This document shows, piece by piece, positions 29,899 through 39,220 of a DNA stretch of 64,000 nucleotides. Both the position numbers and the translations under genes were made by a program. Position 1 is the stretch's first letter, and the number at the start of each line of letters is the position of its first letter. The notes under the pieces were generated by a model, which had not been told where the DNA came from, did no database searches, and saw only the letters and a list, made by a program, of their open reading frames with translations. Source of the DNA: Terriglobia bacterium (GTDB lineage: Bacteria; Acidobacteriota; Terriglobia; JAJPHL01; JAPKYU01); contig CBDBKE010000004.1 in the NCBI GenBank assembly GCA_965206645.1, positions 2,112,001 to 2,176,000 of the forward strand. The letters are read 5' to 3'.

Positions 29899-30594
29899 TC
29901 ACCAATCCAGCGTTTTTCCCGGTTCGAGTTCCAGTACTTCCACTTCGGGCATGTCCGCGAGAAGCTGGCGCAGTTGCGCCGGGCGCCCGACCAGCGGCGG
30001 AAAGGTGCCGTAGTGCATACCCAGCACCTTCTTTGGGCGCAGCAGCCGGCAGGCATAGGCAGCCTCGACCGGGCTCATGGTGAACAGGTCTCCAATGGGC
30101 AAAATGGCTAGCTCGGGCGCGTATAGGTCGTGGATGATCTTCATGTCGCCAAAGACGTTAGTGTCGCCGGCGTGGTAGAAGCGGCGATCGCCCACCTGAA
30201 TGACGTAACCGACGGCCTCGCCCCCGTAGACAATCTTGCCGTCGTCCAGGATGCCGCAACTGTGGTCGGCGTGCACCATTGTCACCCGCAGTTCGCCTAC
30301 TTGCTGCGACCCGCCCTTGTTCATGGGCAGCGTTTTGGAAACGCCCTTGCTCTCCAGCCAGGCGCACACCTCGTAGACGCCCACCACCTGCGGCTGGTGC
30401 TGCCGGGCCAGCGCCACCGCGTCGCTGATGTGGTCAAAGTGCCCGTGCGTGATCAGCATCAGGTCCAGGCGGTCGAACTTCTTCAGCGCCGCCGGACAGA
30501 CCGGGTTGCCTTCCACCCAGGGGTCCACCAGCACGACGCTACCCCCGGGCGTGTTCATTCGGAACGTTGAATGGCCGAGCCAGGTAATCTTCAT
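29899..30594 (-). CDS. UPF0173 metal-dependent hydrolase (MBL fold)
   Basis: MKITWLGHS, THGHFDH, HAGDT, PIGD, MHYGTF. Confidence 0.92.
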   Translation of the reverse strand: MKITWLGHSTFRMNTPGGSVVLVDPWVEGNPVCPAALKKFDRLDLMLITHGHFDHISDAVALARQHQPQVVGVYEVCAWLESKGVSKTLPMNKGGSQQVGELRVTMVHADHSCGILDDGKIVYGGEAVGYVIQVGDRRFYHAGDTNVFGDMKIIHDLYAPELAILPIGDLFTMSPVEAAYACRLLRPKKVLGMHYGTFPPLVGRPAQLRQLLADMPEVEVLELEPGKTLDW

Positions 30595-30718
30595 CGTCGG
30601 TATGCTCTCCTCCGCGGGCGAGTATAGTCCAGTGCTCGTTTTTCCACCCCTCGACTCCGTGGAGTTCAGAAAGGTCCGTGAAGTTCGGAGACTGGGCGAC
30701 CAATCGTCCCGAGCGAAC

Positions 30719-32047
30719 ATGCTAGAATCGGGCGTGCCGATGGAGTCCGCTGTCGAAATGCTGGGGCAGGGCCGCCACCCGACGCCGTTCTCCTGCACTC
30801 GCTACGTCAACGACGAGGATCGTGTCATCTTCCACTCGGAAACGAAGCTGCTTCGCGCCGCCTTCGAGCAGCACAAGAAGCCGCCGTCGTTCGAAATGGC
30901 CGGGCCGCGGGAGAGCCTGTTTTTTGACCTGCGCCAGCTGAGCTGCGCCATCGTCACCTGCGGCGGGCTCTGCCCGGGGTTGAATGACGTCATCCGGTCC
31001 ATCGTCATGAGCCTGCACCACCTCTACGGCGTGAGACGCGTGCTGGGCATTCCTTACGGCTACCAGGGCTTGACGCCGCCATTTGAGAAAACCTGGCGCG
31101 AGCTGGCCCCCGCGGTGGTCGCCGACGTTCACCACATGGGGGGCACTATGCTGGGCTCCTCCCGAGGGCCGCAGGACATCGGCGTGATGGTGGAGACCCT
31201 GGAGCGGAATCGCATCGGCGTGTTGTTTGTCGTCGGCGGCGACGGAACGCTGCGCGGAGCGCACCAGATTACTAAGGAGATTGCCCGCCGCAACTTGCCC
31301 ATCGCCGTCATCGGCCTGCCCAAGACCATTGACAACGACATCGCCTACATTCAGCGCTCGTTCGGCTTTCAGACCGCGGTCGGAGCGGCCCGCCACCCCG
31401 TTTCGGCCGCCCACGCCGAAGCGCTCGGCGCCCCCAACGGCACGGGCCTAGTCAAGCTGATGGGTCGCCATTCCGGCTTCCTGGCCGCCCAGGCGGCGCT
31501 CTCCAGCGGCGACGTCAATTTCTGCCTGGTTCCCGAGGTGCCTTTCGTTCTGGAAGAGGGCGAGTCCGGGTTCCTTCCCGCGCTCAAGCGGCGTCTGGTG
31601 GCCCGCCACCACGCCGTCATCGTGGTGGCGGAGGGAGCAGGACAGGAATTGTTGGCCGCGCAGTCGGAGTCCGCCCACGACCCCTCGGGGAACGTGGCCC
31701 TGGGCGATATCGGAACCTTCTTGCGCGAGCGGATTCAGGAGTATTTTCGGCGGATTGGCTTGCCATTCGGGCTGAAGTACATTGATCCCAGCTACATGAT
31801 TCGCAGCCTGCCTGCCGACCCCGACGATTCCGCCTTCTGTTTGCTGCTTGGTCAGAACGCGGTCCATGCGGCTTTGGCCGGCCGCACCGACGCGGTGGTC
31901 GGCTACTGGAATCAGCACTTCACCCTGGTGCCCATCCCGCTGGCTGTCTCCCGTCGCAAGCGGATCGACCCGGAGGGAATGCTCTGGCAAAGCGTGTTGC
32001 AGACCACCGGGCAGCTCGACATGAGCGGCACGGGGAGTCCTGATTAG
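30719..32047 (+). CDS. pfkA: ATP-dependent 6-phosphofructokinase (PfkA superfamily, group X-like)
   Basis: TCGGLCPGLN, GGDGT, PKTIDND, MGRHSG, YIDPSYMIRS. Confidence 0.92.
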   Translation: MLESGVPMESAVEMLGQGRHPTPFSCTRYVNDEDRVIFHSETKLLRAAFEQHKKPPSFEMAGPRESLFFDLRQLSCAIVTCGGLCPGLNDVIRSIVMSLHHLYGVRRVLGIPYGYQGLTPPFEKTWRELAPAVVADVHHMGGTMLGSSRGPQDIGVMVETLERNRIGVLFVVGGDGTLRGAHQITKEIARRNLPIAVIGLPKTIDNDIAYIQRSFGFQTAVGAARHPVSAAHAEALGAPNGTGLVKLMGRHSGFLAAQAALSSGDVNFCLVPEVPFVLEEGESGFLPALKRRLVARHHAVIVVAEGAGQELLAAQSESAHDPSGNVALGDIGTFLRERIQEYFRRIGLPFGLKYIDPSYMIRSLPADPDDSAFCLLLGQNAVHAALAGRTDAVVGYWNQHFTLVPIPLAVSRRKRIDPEGMLWQSVLQTTGQLDMSGTGSPD

Positions 32048-32154
32048 GAGAAATGCAGTCTCGAAGCAGATTTGCTTCGGGAGAATTGCCTTCATATTCC
32101 AAGGGTTATTTTCTCCCAGGTTGTCGCCCTAGGGCTGGCCCACGGAAAAGCGTG

Positions 32155-33624
32155 ATGAAGCCCGAACGTTGGCAAAAAGTCGAGGAGATTTATCACGCAG
32201 CGTTGGAGCGTGAAGAGGGCCAGCGCGCGGCGTTCCTGGAAGAAGCCTGCGCCAGCGACGAGTCCCTGCAGCGGGAAGTCGAGTCGCTGCTGGCGCAGGA
32301 GGGGGCGACAGGGAGCTTCCTGGAAGCACCGGCGCTGGAGGTGGCTGCCAAAGTCATGGCCGAAGATGCAGGTCGCTCGCTGCTGGGCAGGCAGATCGCT
32401 TCCTACCAGGTTCTTTCGCTGCTGGGCACCGGTGGCATGGGGGAGGTGTACCGGGCACGCGACCGCAAGCTGGGTCGCGAGGTCGCTGTCAAAGTTCTGC
32501 CGGAGGAGTTCAGCCAGGACCCGGAGCGGCTGGGGCGCCTGGAGCGGGAGGCGCGGATGCTGGCCTCGCTGAACCACCCCCACATTGGAGCCATCTACAC
32601 GCTGGAGGAGTCCGAGGGGGTGCGCTTCTTAGTGTTGGAGCTGGTGCCAGGGAAGACCCTGGCGGATCGGCTGAAGGCCGGTCCGCTGGAGGTGCCGGAG
32701 GCGCTGCGGGTCTGTGCCCAGATTGCCGAGGCCCTGGAGGCCGCCCATGAGCGGGGAGTGATCCACCGGGACCTGAAGCCGGCCAACGTCAAGGTGACTC
32801 CGGAGGGCCAGGTGAAGGTACTGGACTTTGGCCTGGCTAAGGTGCAGCCGGCGGGCGCCGAGCTTTCCAAGGCCGGAACGGTGAGCGCCGTCGGCCTGGA
32901 GACGGGAGCGATTCTGGGCACTGTCGGCTACATGAGCCCGGATCAGGCCCGGGGCAAGGAAGTAGACAAGCGGGCTGACATCTGGGCATTCGGCTGCGTG
33001 CTTTATGAGCTGCTCACTGGCCAAAAGGCCTTCGCCGGCGCCACGGCGTCGGACACCATTGCCGCCATCCTGGAACGCGAGCCAGACTGGCAGGCGCTCC
33101 CTCAGACCACACCTGCGAGCATTCAAGCTCTACTGCGTAGATGCCTGCGCAAGGACGCCAACCGGCGTCACCGTGATATGGCGGACGCCCGCATCGAGAT
33201 CGAAGAGGCGCTCAGCGAACCTCCGAAAGCATTGGCGCCCGCCGAAATGGCGATCAGTGCAGCACAGCCCGCTCCGTGGCGGCGAGCAATTCCGTGGATG
33301 CTGGGCGGCTTGTTGGCGATCATGGCGGCGGTCACTGTTTGGAGTCTGTGGCGAGCTAGTCCACCCGCGCAGCGGCCCGTCAGCCGACTGGTCATTAACC
33401 TCCCGAAAGGTCAAACCTTTTGGGAGATCAATCCGGCGGTGGAGATTTCACTCGACGGCACCCAGATCGCCTACCTTGCCCTCACAGGAGACAGCCGGCA
33501 GCTCTACGTGCGTCGCTTAAACGAACTGAAGAGCAGGACGATTCCGGGCACTGCGGGAACGTACCATGGTGATTTTTTCCCGATGGGAAGTGGCTCGTCT
33601 TCGGCGGAGAGGACGGACTGCTAA
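32155..33624 (+). CDS. Hanks-type Ser/Thr protein kinase with TM segment (5' part of a frameshifted kinase-propeller gene)
   Basis: GTGGMGEVY, VAVK, HRDLKPAN, DFGLAK, YMSPDQ, DIWAFG. Frame breaks at about 33571-33581. Confidence 0.92.
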   Translation: MKPERWQKVEEIYHAALEREEGQRAAFLEEACASDESLQREVESLLAQEGATGSFLEAPALEVAAKVMAEDAGRSLLGRQIASYQVLSLLGTGGMGEVYRARDRKLGREVAVKVLPEEFSQDPERLGRLEREARMLASLNHPHIGAIYTLEESEGVRFLVLELVPGKTLADRLKAGPLEVPEALRVCAQIAEALEAAHERGVIHRDLKPANVKVTPEGQVKVLDFGLAKVQPAGAELSKAGTVSAVGLETGAILGTVGYMSPDQARGKEVDKRADIWAFGCVLYELLTGQKAFAGATASDTIAAILEREPDWQALPQTTPASIQALLRRCLRKDANRRHRDMADARIEIEEALSEPPKALAPAEMAISAAQPAPWRRAIPWMLGGLLAIMAAVTVWSLWRASPPAQRPVSRLVINLPKGQTFWEINPAVEISLDGTQIAYLALTGDSRQLYVRRLNELKSRTIPGTAGTYHGDFFPMGSGSSSAERTDC

Positions 33625-35054
33625 AGAAGGTATCGCTTTCCGGGGGAGCCCTCCAGACCATGTGCAACTACAGAGAAATAGCAGGCCAGGGGCCTCTCGG
33701 TCTAAGCTGGACTCCGAACGGGGACGCTCTCATTTTCGGAGGTTACTACGGTCTGTTCCGAGTTTCGGCCGACGGGGATACACCTGAGGTGGTCGCCAGT
33801 GCGGTCAAAGATGTGGAACACTATCATGCTTGGCCGCAGGTCCTCCCGGGAGGCAAGGCGGTGCTATTTACTGTCGGGCAAGAAAGCGGTACCTCAGTCG
33901 GTTTGCTTTCGCTGGAAACTGGCGAGCGGCGGACCCTGATCGAGCGCGGCGGGCGTGCTCGGTATGTACCAACCGGTCACCTGGTCTATGGATGGGAAGA
34001 CAAGCTGTTGGCGGCGCCCTTTGATCTCGACCAGCTCCAGTTAACAGGGCCGCCCGCCGTCGTTCTCGAGGGTATCGCGATATACATTAGAGAACTTGGA
34101 CAGACAGCGTTCAGCGTGTCTGAGAGCGGATCGCTCGTCTATATCCCGGGCGGTCTCAGCCAGCGAACGCTGGTCTGGGTAGATCGCCAAGGAGCGGTCG
34201 AGCCCCTGGCGGCACCTCCACGCGTCTATGACGACCCCCGCCTCTCACCCGACGGCCAGCGGCTGGCCGTCCAGATTGGGCCTGAAGGAAACTCTGACAT
34301 CTGGATTTACGACATCCCCCGGGGGACATTGACCCGGCTGACGTTTGAAGGGGGGAATATTCCCCGCTGGATGCCGGATGGAAAGCGAGTGGCGTTTGGT
34401 TCGCGCAGGGCTGGCGGACCTGAGAATCTGTTTTGGAAAGCTGCCGACGGCAGCGGCCCGGCCGAGCAGCTAACGGAAAGCGAACGTCGCCAGTTGCCTT
34501 CGTCCTGGTCACCGGACGGGCAAGTGCTGGCCTTTGATGAACTTCATCCCACCACGGGCTATGAAATCTGGGTTCTTCCGTTGCAGGGGGAGCGCAAGCC
34601 GCGCCCGTTCCTGCAAACCCAATTTTCTGAACGCGCGCCAGTGTTCTCCCCGGACGGGCACTGGCTGGCCTATACGTCCAATGAGTCCGGCCGTTCCGAA
34701 GTGTATGTGCAGCCGTATCCCGGCCCCGGCGGCAAGTGGCAGATCTCCAACGAAGGCGGCAATGAACCGCTCTGGGCGAAGAACGGGAGGGAACTGTTCT
34801 ACCGCGACGGCGACAAGATGATGGCCGTTCCGGTTACAACGCAGCCAACCTTTCGTGCGGGTACCCCCACCCTACTGTTTGAGGGGCAGCACCACAACGA
34901 CTTCAACTGGTCTCCCCCCAACTACGACGTCACGCCCGACGGCCAGCGGTTCCTGATGATCCAGCCAGGCGAACAAGAGGCAGCGACGCAAATCAACGTT
35001 GTGCTGAACTGGTTTGAAGAGCTGAAGCGCCTAGCCCCCACCGACCAAAACTGA
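33579..35054 (+). CDS. PD40/TolB-like beta-propeller (3' part of the same gene)
   Basis: The -1 frame resumes PDGKWLVFGGEDGLLKKVSL into ORF 33660..35054; SPDG repeats; terminal VVLNWFEELKRL. Confidence 0.85.
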   Translation, partial: PDGKWLVFGGEDGLLKKVSLSGGALQTMCNYREIAGQGPLGLSWTPNGDALIFGGYYGLFRVSADGDTPEVVASAVKDVEHYHAWPQVLPGGKAVLFTVGQESGTSVGLLSLETGERRTLIERGGRARYVPTGHLVYGWEDKLLAAPFDLDQLQLTGPPAVVLEGIAIYIRELGQTAFSVSESGSLVYIPGGLSQRTLVWVDRQGAVEPLAAPPRVYDDPRLSPDGQRLAVQIGPEGNSDIWIYDIPRGTLTRLTFEGGNIPRWMPDGKRVAFGSRRAGGPENLFWKAADGSGPAEQLTESERRQLPSSWSPDGQVLAFDELHPTTGYEIWVLPLQGERKPRPFLQTQFSERAPVFSPDGHWLAYTSNESGRSEVYVQPYPGPGGKWQISNEGGNEPLWAKNGRELFYRDGDKMMAVPVTTQPTFRAGTPTLLFEGQHHNDFNWSPPNYDVTPDGQRFLMIQPGEQEAATQINVVLNWFEELKRLAPTDQN

Positions 35055-35176
35055 TCTCGCGACTGATCTCACGTGTGGCCTCCGCCCTCCGCTTCCAATC
35101 CCTGCTGCGCCGCATGAATCTCCCTCCGTAAACAACACGGGGCAAGCGGAATAATCCACTACGGCAGCCGTAACGG

Positions 35177-35743
35177 TCACCCCCGATCCATATGGTCGGA
35201 GACTGGATGGTCGGAGAGTGGCGGACCGAAACGGTTGCTGAAATCCTCGGATTGCTTGCGCAAGGCGAGCCAGTCGAAGAACAGCTCCGGGGTCTGGAGC
35301 CAGATGGTGAACCACTGGGCGATCTCTTCTTTCTCCGCGCGCTTGTCCGCCGCTACCTTGCGGTTGCGGGCGATCAGGGTGGCGCGGCGGCGCACCCGAA
35401 TGGCGCCGCGCCGGCACTCCTCGGCGGGGGCGCGTTCATTTCGGCTGCGGCAGGTCCGGTAGCGCTCATCGAGCGCGCGCAAGGTGGTTTCGGCGGCTGC
35501 CAGCGTGTCGAAGTGAAGCAACTCTAGAACCTCTCGGGAGATCCCTCCCAGTTCAGCGTCCACGCTGGCACCCAGCTCGGCAAGCACGTCCAGCAGGTAT
35601 TCTTGGGAGATGCGCGCTTGCGGGCCCAGCACCCGCGCCAGCTCGCGCCGGATAGCCAAAGCTTCCTCCGTTCCGATGCGAGCCGGACGCGCTTGCTGCA
35701 GGTACTGGCGAATGACAGACTTCTTGGTGGGGCGGGCAGTCAC
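35177..35743 (-). CDS. Hypothetical helical protein
   Basis: 188-aa ORF whose start overlaps the stop of the upstream TPR ORF. Confidence 0.7.
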   Translation of the reverse strand: MTARPTKKSVIRQYLQQARPARIGTEEALAIRRELARVLGPQARISQEYLLDVLAELGASVDAELGGISREVLELLHFDTLAAAETTLRALDERYRTCRSRNERAPAEECRRGAIRVRRRATLIARNRKVAADKRAEKEEIAQWFTIWLQTPELFFDWLALRKQSEDFSNRFGPPLSDHPVSDHMDRG

Positions 35744-37029
35744 TGGGGTGACGCAGGCTTTTTCGGGGCTGGTTTGTTCAGCCCGCGCAATTCCGAAGCC
35801 AGGACAGGGTTGTCGGGGAGTTTTCGCAGCGCTTTCCGCAACACCTCCTGTGCGAGCTCACGTTCCCCGCGCGTTAGGTGCACCAGCACCAGGATGCGGA
35901 TCGACCCAACCGACTCCCAGTTGTCGAGCTCGACCGCGCGGCGAGCGTATTCGAGCGCCACGTCCGGCTCACGCTCGCGCAAATAGACGGCCATCCCGGC
36001 CAGGACAGCCGGGTTGTTGGGATCGCTAGCCAGCGCCAGCCGCCATTCCCTGGCCGCCTCTACGGTTCGCCCCACTCGGGCCAGCAGGTTGCCGCGCAGG
36101 GCCCGCGCGTCGCTCCGCCGCGAGTTGATCTCCACGGCGCGTGTCACCTCTTGCAGACCTTCCTGGAAGCGCCCGCGCTGCAGCAGGGCCTTGGCCAGTT
36201 GGAAGCGCGCCTCTTCCGAGTTCGGGCGCGCACGGAGCACGGCGCGCCACTGCTTCTCTGCCCGCGACCAGTCCTGATTGCTCATGTGCGCCTGAGCAAG
36301 CAGCTCGTGCAGGTCGGCGTTTTCCGGATCGGCCTTCAGGAGCCGGCTCGCACGGTTGATCGCTTTCTCGATCTCACCGGACTGCAGTTCGGCGGCCGCC
36401 AGGTAGGCTTGGGCGCGAGCGTTCCCAGGCTGTTCCTCCACAACGGCCTCCAGCAAAGTCCGAGCTTCGGCGATGCGGTTCTGGCGCAACAGCTCGACGG
36501 CGCGCTGCTCGACTTGGGGCCACGCCTCGGCAGGCCTTTCACTCGCACCGTGCGCGTTCGTAGGATCAGGCCTGCCGGGCTCCTGAGCGGGGGCGATCGA
36601 CTGCAGCACGACGGCCGCGGCCATAACGGTCACAAACCCCAGGTGTCGCATGCAAGAGGTGTCACAACGCGGCGGCGCGCCAGGCAGCGAATAGCGATTT
36701 CGGGCGATAAAGCGGTAGAAAGGCGGGCCTAGCCAGCGCAGCGGAGGCAGGGCCAGCACCCACCCCAGCCAGGCCAGGGCCGGCAGTCCGCGCATCACTG
36801 TGAGCCACGCGAAGAATCCTTTGCTCCAGGCGCCGTCCACGCCGCGCACGTGCATCTCGGCCGCCAGTTCCTCGGGCTGAAAGGGCAGCCCTGATTGGAT
36901 CGCCGTGTCGGTATAGTCGAGAAATTCCACGCGCCCGTGGCGGTCAAAGCGCTTCACTCGCTGCTCCATCCAGCGGCAGAACGCGCAATGTCCGTCCACA
37001 TAGACCTGAATCTTCGCAACAACCGGCAT
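35740..37029 (-). CDS. DCC1-like (DUF393) thiol-disulfide domain in frame with a signal peptide and TPR domain
   Basis: VYVDGHCAFC (DxxCxxC)...YRFIARNRY, then MRHLGFVTVMAAAVVLQSIAPAQ (ATG at 36651) and several TPRs. Confidence 0.75.
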   Translation of the reverse strand: MPVVAKIQVYVDGHCAFCRWMEQRVKRFDRHGRVEFLDYTDTAIQSGLPFQPEELAAEMHVRGVDGAWSKGFFAWLTVMRGLPALAWLGWVLALPPLRWLGPPFYRFIARNRYSLPGAPPRCDTSCMRHLGFVTVMAAAVVLQSIAPAQEPGRPDPTNAHGASERPAEAWPQVEQRAVELLRQNRIAEARTLLEAVVEEQPGNARAQAYLAAAELQSGEIEKAINRASRLLKADPENADLHELLAQAHMSNQDWSRAEKQWRAVLRARPNSEEARFQLAKALLQRGRFQEGLQEVTRAVEINSRRSDARALRGNLLARVGRTVEAAREWRLALASDPNNPAVLAGMAVYLREREPDVALEYARRAVELDNWESVGSIRILVLVHLTRGERELAQEVLRKALRKLPDNPVLASELRGLNKPAPKKPASPQ

Positions 37030-37091
37030 ACGGGCCCCGCTTCTGGGGGATCGCTCTGGTCGCCTGGCGCGGGTAGCTTCTCCGGCCCGCA

Positions 37092-37352
37092 TCAGGCCTG
37101 GGCAAGGCAATTGTAGAGCAACGCGAAGATGGCCCCACCCACGGCCCCGTCCACCAGCCCATACAGCGTACCCACGATGACCTGACCAAAGCTGGCCGTG
37201 GCCTGGTAGCCGGGGTAGATCGAGGCCAGCAGGCGGAGAAACTCCTGACCATAGCTCGGCCAGATGAGGTTCACGCAACCGGTCAGAAACACTGCCAGAA
37301 CTCCCCACATGATTCCGACCGCAATCGCCATACCTTTCACGCTGAGTTTCAT
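37092..37352 (-). CDS. Small two-TM membrane protein (resembles a family often annotated as holin-like)
   Basis: GGAGG RBS; YPGY...G.VDGAVGGAIFALLYN motif. Confidence 0.7.
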   Translation of the reverse strand: MKLSVKGMAIAVGIMWGVLAVFLTGCVNLIWPSYGQEFLRLLASIYPGYQATASFGQVIVGTLYGLVDGAVGGAIFALLYNCLAQA

Positions 37353-37407
37353 GGGCACCTCCAATGGTGCAAGCCCTTCTTCACCATTCTACTCCCGGGA
37401 AGATGAT

Positions 37408-37465
37408 GTAGCGCCCGGCCTTGTGCCGGGTATTTGGGCGAGCCGCCCGCCAGGGGCGGCGCTTC
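37408..37465. repeat. GTAG-type REP-like palindromic element
   Basis: GTAGCGCCCGGCCTTGTGCCGGG...CCGCCCGCCAGGGGCGGCGCTTC: two hairpins with inverted GTAGCGCC/GGCGCTTC ends. Confidence 0.55.
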
Positions 37466-37487
37466 ATTCTAGCGTTGATGGAGTCGG

Positions 37488-38090
37488 CTAGCGTTGATAG
37501 AGCTGGATGGTGTGCCGGGTGCCGTGGCCGCGGTCCAACTTCTCGATGCGGGTTGCCCGCCAGAGGGGGATGCCGAAGTCGTGGGTGACCACGCGGGCGC
37601 CGGGACGCAGTTGCTGTTCGAGCATTGGCCGCAGGCGAACCAGGGCCTCCGGCAGCAGGTAGAGAGCTACCACATCGGCGCGGCGGAGATCGGTGTCAAA
37701 TAGGTTGCCGCGGACCAGCGTGATGCGGTCCTCCAGGCCGTGGCTGCGCACATTGGCGCGGGCCAGGGCGAACACCTCGGCGGTCAGTTCCACACCGTGG
37801 CCCCGCGCGCCGTACTTTTCGGCAGCCATCACCAGGATGCGGGCGTCGCCGCATCCCAGGTCATAGACGGTTTCCCCCGCCTGCACCTCCGCCAAGCGCA
37901 GCATGAGCTCGATCACCTCGGCCGAGGAGGACAAGAACGGCGATACCTGCTCCGGGTTTTCCGGGACGTGCAGCGTCAGCGGACCGGGCTCCGGCTGGTA
38001 GTGGCTCCTCACGCCAGGCAGCACCAGGTTGCTCAGCGCCACCAGCAGCACCAGCACGCCCACCGTTAACCAGAAGAGCTTGGAGCGCAT
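37488..38090 (-). CDS. Class I SAM methyltransferase with N-terminal TM/signal segment
   Basis: SPF, YDLGCGDARI, GVEL, LRPGARVVTHDF. Confidence 0.88.
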   Translation of the reverse strand: MRSKLFWLTVGVLVLLVALSNLVLPGVRSHYQPEPGPLTLHVPENPEQVSPFLSSSAEVIELMLRLAEVQAGETVYDLGCGDARILVMAAEKYGARGHGVELTAEVFALARANVRSHGLEDRITLVRGNLFDTDLRRADVVALYLLPEALVRLRPMLEQQLRPGARVVTHDFGIPLWRATRIEKLDRGHGTRHTIQLYQR

Positions 38091-38189
38091 TGTTACATCT
38101 TGCGCGTTGTTACTACCTAAACACCAACGCAGAGAGGAGTCTTAAAGATCTTCCCGCGGCCTGAACCCCAGACCGGTGCTTACCGGCCT

Positions 38190-39128
38190 TTACGATAAGT
38201 CGCGGTGGACCATGTGGAGGACTTCAAGCGCTATTGTCGCCTCTTCCTTTCCGAACTTCAAACCACTTCGAATTTCGTTTCCTGGGTGGACAAGATTGCG
38301 ATATTCGCGGACCGGATCCGACAGCTTCTCTACTCCCAATGAAACCAACCCTAGCTCTACAGATACTTTGATCAAGTCAGAAAAGTCCCATTTACTTGGG
38401 TCGGACTTTCTGGGAGCCCTTGAAGCCGTACCGGCACGCGGATCGCGTTGAAGGATGTCGAGCAGAATTGCTTCAATGGCACCACCAGAAAGAATGATAA
38501 CTGACTTCCAACAGCCAGCAGCAAAAGCTGCTTGAATCTCGATGTAATCACGCTCGACAATTTGGCGCAATCTACTATCACTAACAAACGGAAATTCTCG
38601 ACTCTCAAGGGCCGCCGGCTGTCTTTGTACCGCAATGGTGGTTGCTTCTTTCTGCCCCCTCTGGCGGTCAAGCATCTGGCCATCCTTCTTGACATGTAGG
38701 CTGCGCCGAACCTCTGAAATCGCTCTTGAACTCCCTCGCTCAATTTGTCCCCTTATCGCGCCCTCAAGGTGCTTGTCTCCGTCCATCATGCGATTCGCAG
38801 GTGTAAATCTAAGATTCTCAATAATCCTCTTTGGCTGACAGCAGTTTTGTTCGACATCGGACATGATCTCGCTTATGACCTGATCGTCCAGGAGTGTTCC
38901 AGATTTCTCACAGGCACTGAGAAGAGAATCCGCCCGAGCCCTTGCAATCTCGGCAGCGCGTTGCACCGCTGCTTCAGCGATTGCAGTTACGTAACCACCT
39001 GATTGCAGCATATCGCGCTGTGCAAAATTCCTTGTGATTGCTTCCGTGCGCCCTTGCCGATTGATTCTCTCTATGGCTTCCGAAAACAGAAGATTCGCGT
39101 AACGTTCTGCGTTCTTATCCAGGGTCAT
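38190..39128 (-). CDS. Lower-GC hypothetical protein with C-terminal HEPN/DUF4145-like domain
   Basis: SVIILSGGAIEAIL...REYRNLVHP; composition differs from the flanking genes. Confidence 0.7.
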   Translation of the reverse strand: MTLDKNAERYANLLFSEAIERINRQGRTEAITRNFAQRDMLQSGGYVTAIAEAAVQRAAEIARARADSLLSACEKSGTLLDDQVISEIMSDVEQNCCQPKRIIENLRFTPANRMMDGDKHLEGAIRGQIERGSSRAISEVRRSLHVKKDGQMLDRQRGQKEATTIAVQRQPAALESREFPFVSDSRLRQIVERDYIEIQAAFAAGCWKSVIILSGGAIEAILLDILQRDPRAGTASRAPRKSDPSKWDFSDLIKVSVELGLVSLGVEKLSDPVREYRNLVHPGNEIRSGLKFGKEEATIALEVLHMVHRDLS

Positions 39129-39220
39129 TATCCCATCCGCCTGTGGCTCTCTTCTCCAAGCCCTCCCCAGCATTACCAGGAAACTGAGCTGCGTTTGAGG
39201 GGGATGAGACCACACAGGTT

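Noticed and set aside
30428-30718. Long N-terminal extensions in the ORF track (pfk, MBL hydrolase, DUF1385, AlkD, DCC-TPR, VWA)
   Set aside because: They overlap neighbouring genes and precede the family start motifs; these are longest-ORF artefacts of high GC.
37092-37352. Prophage lysis module implied by the holin-like small protein
   Set aside because: No endolysin or phage genes are nearby and the context is housekeeping.
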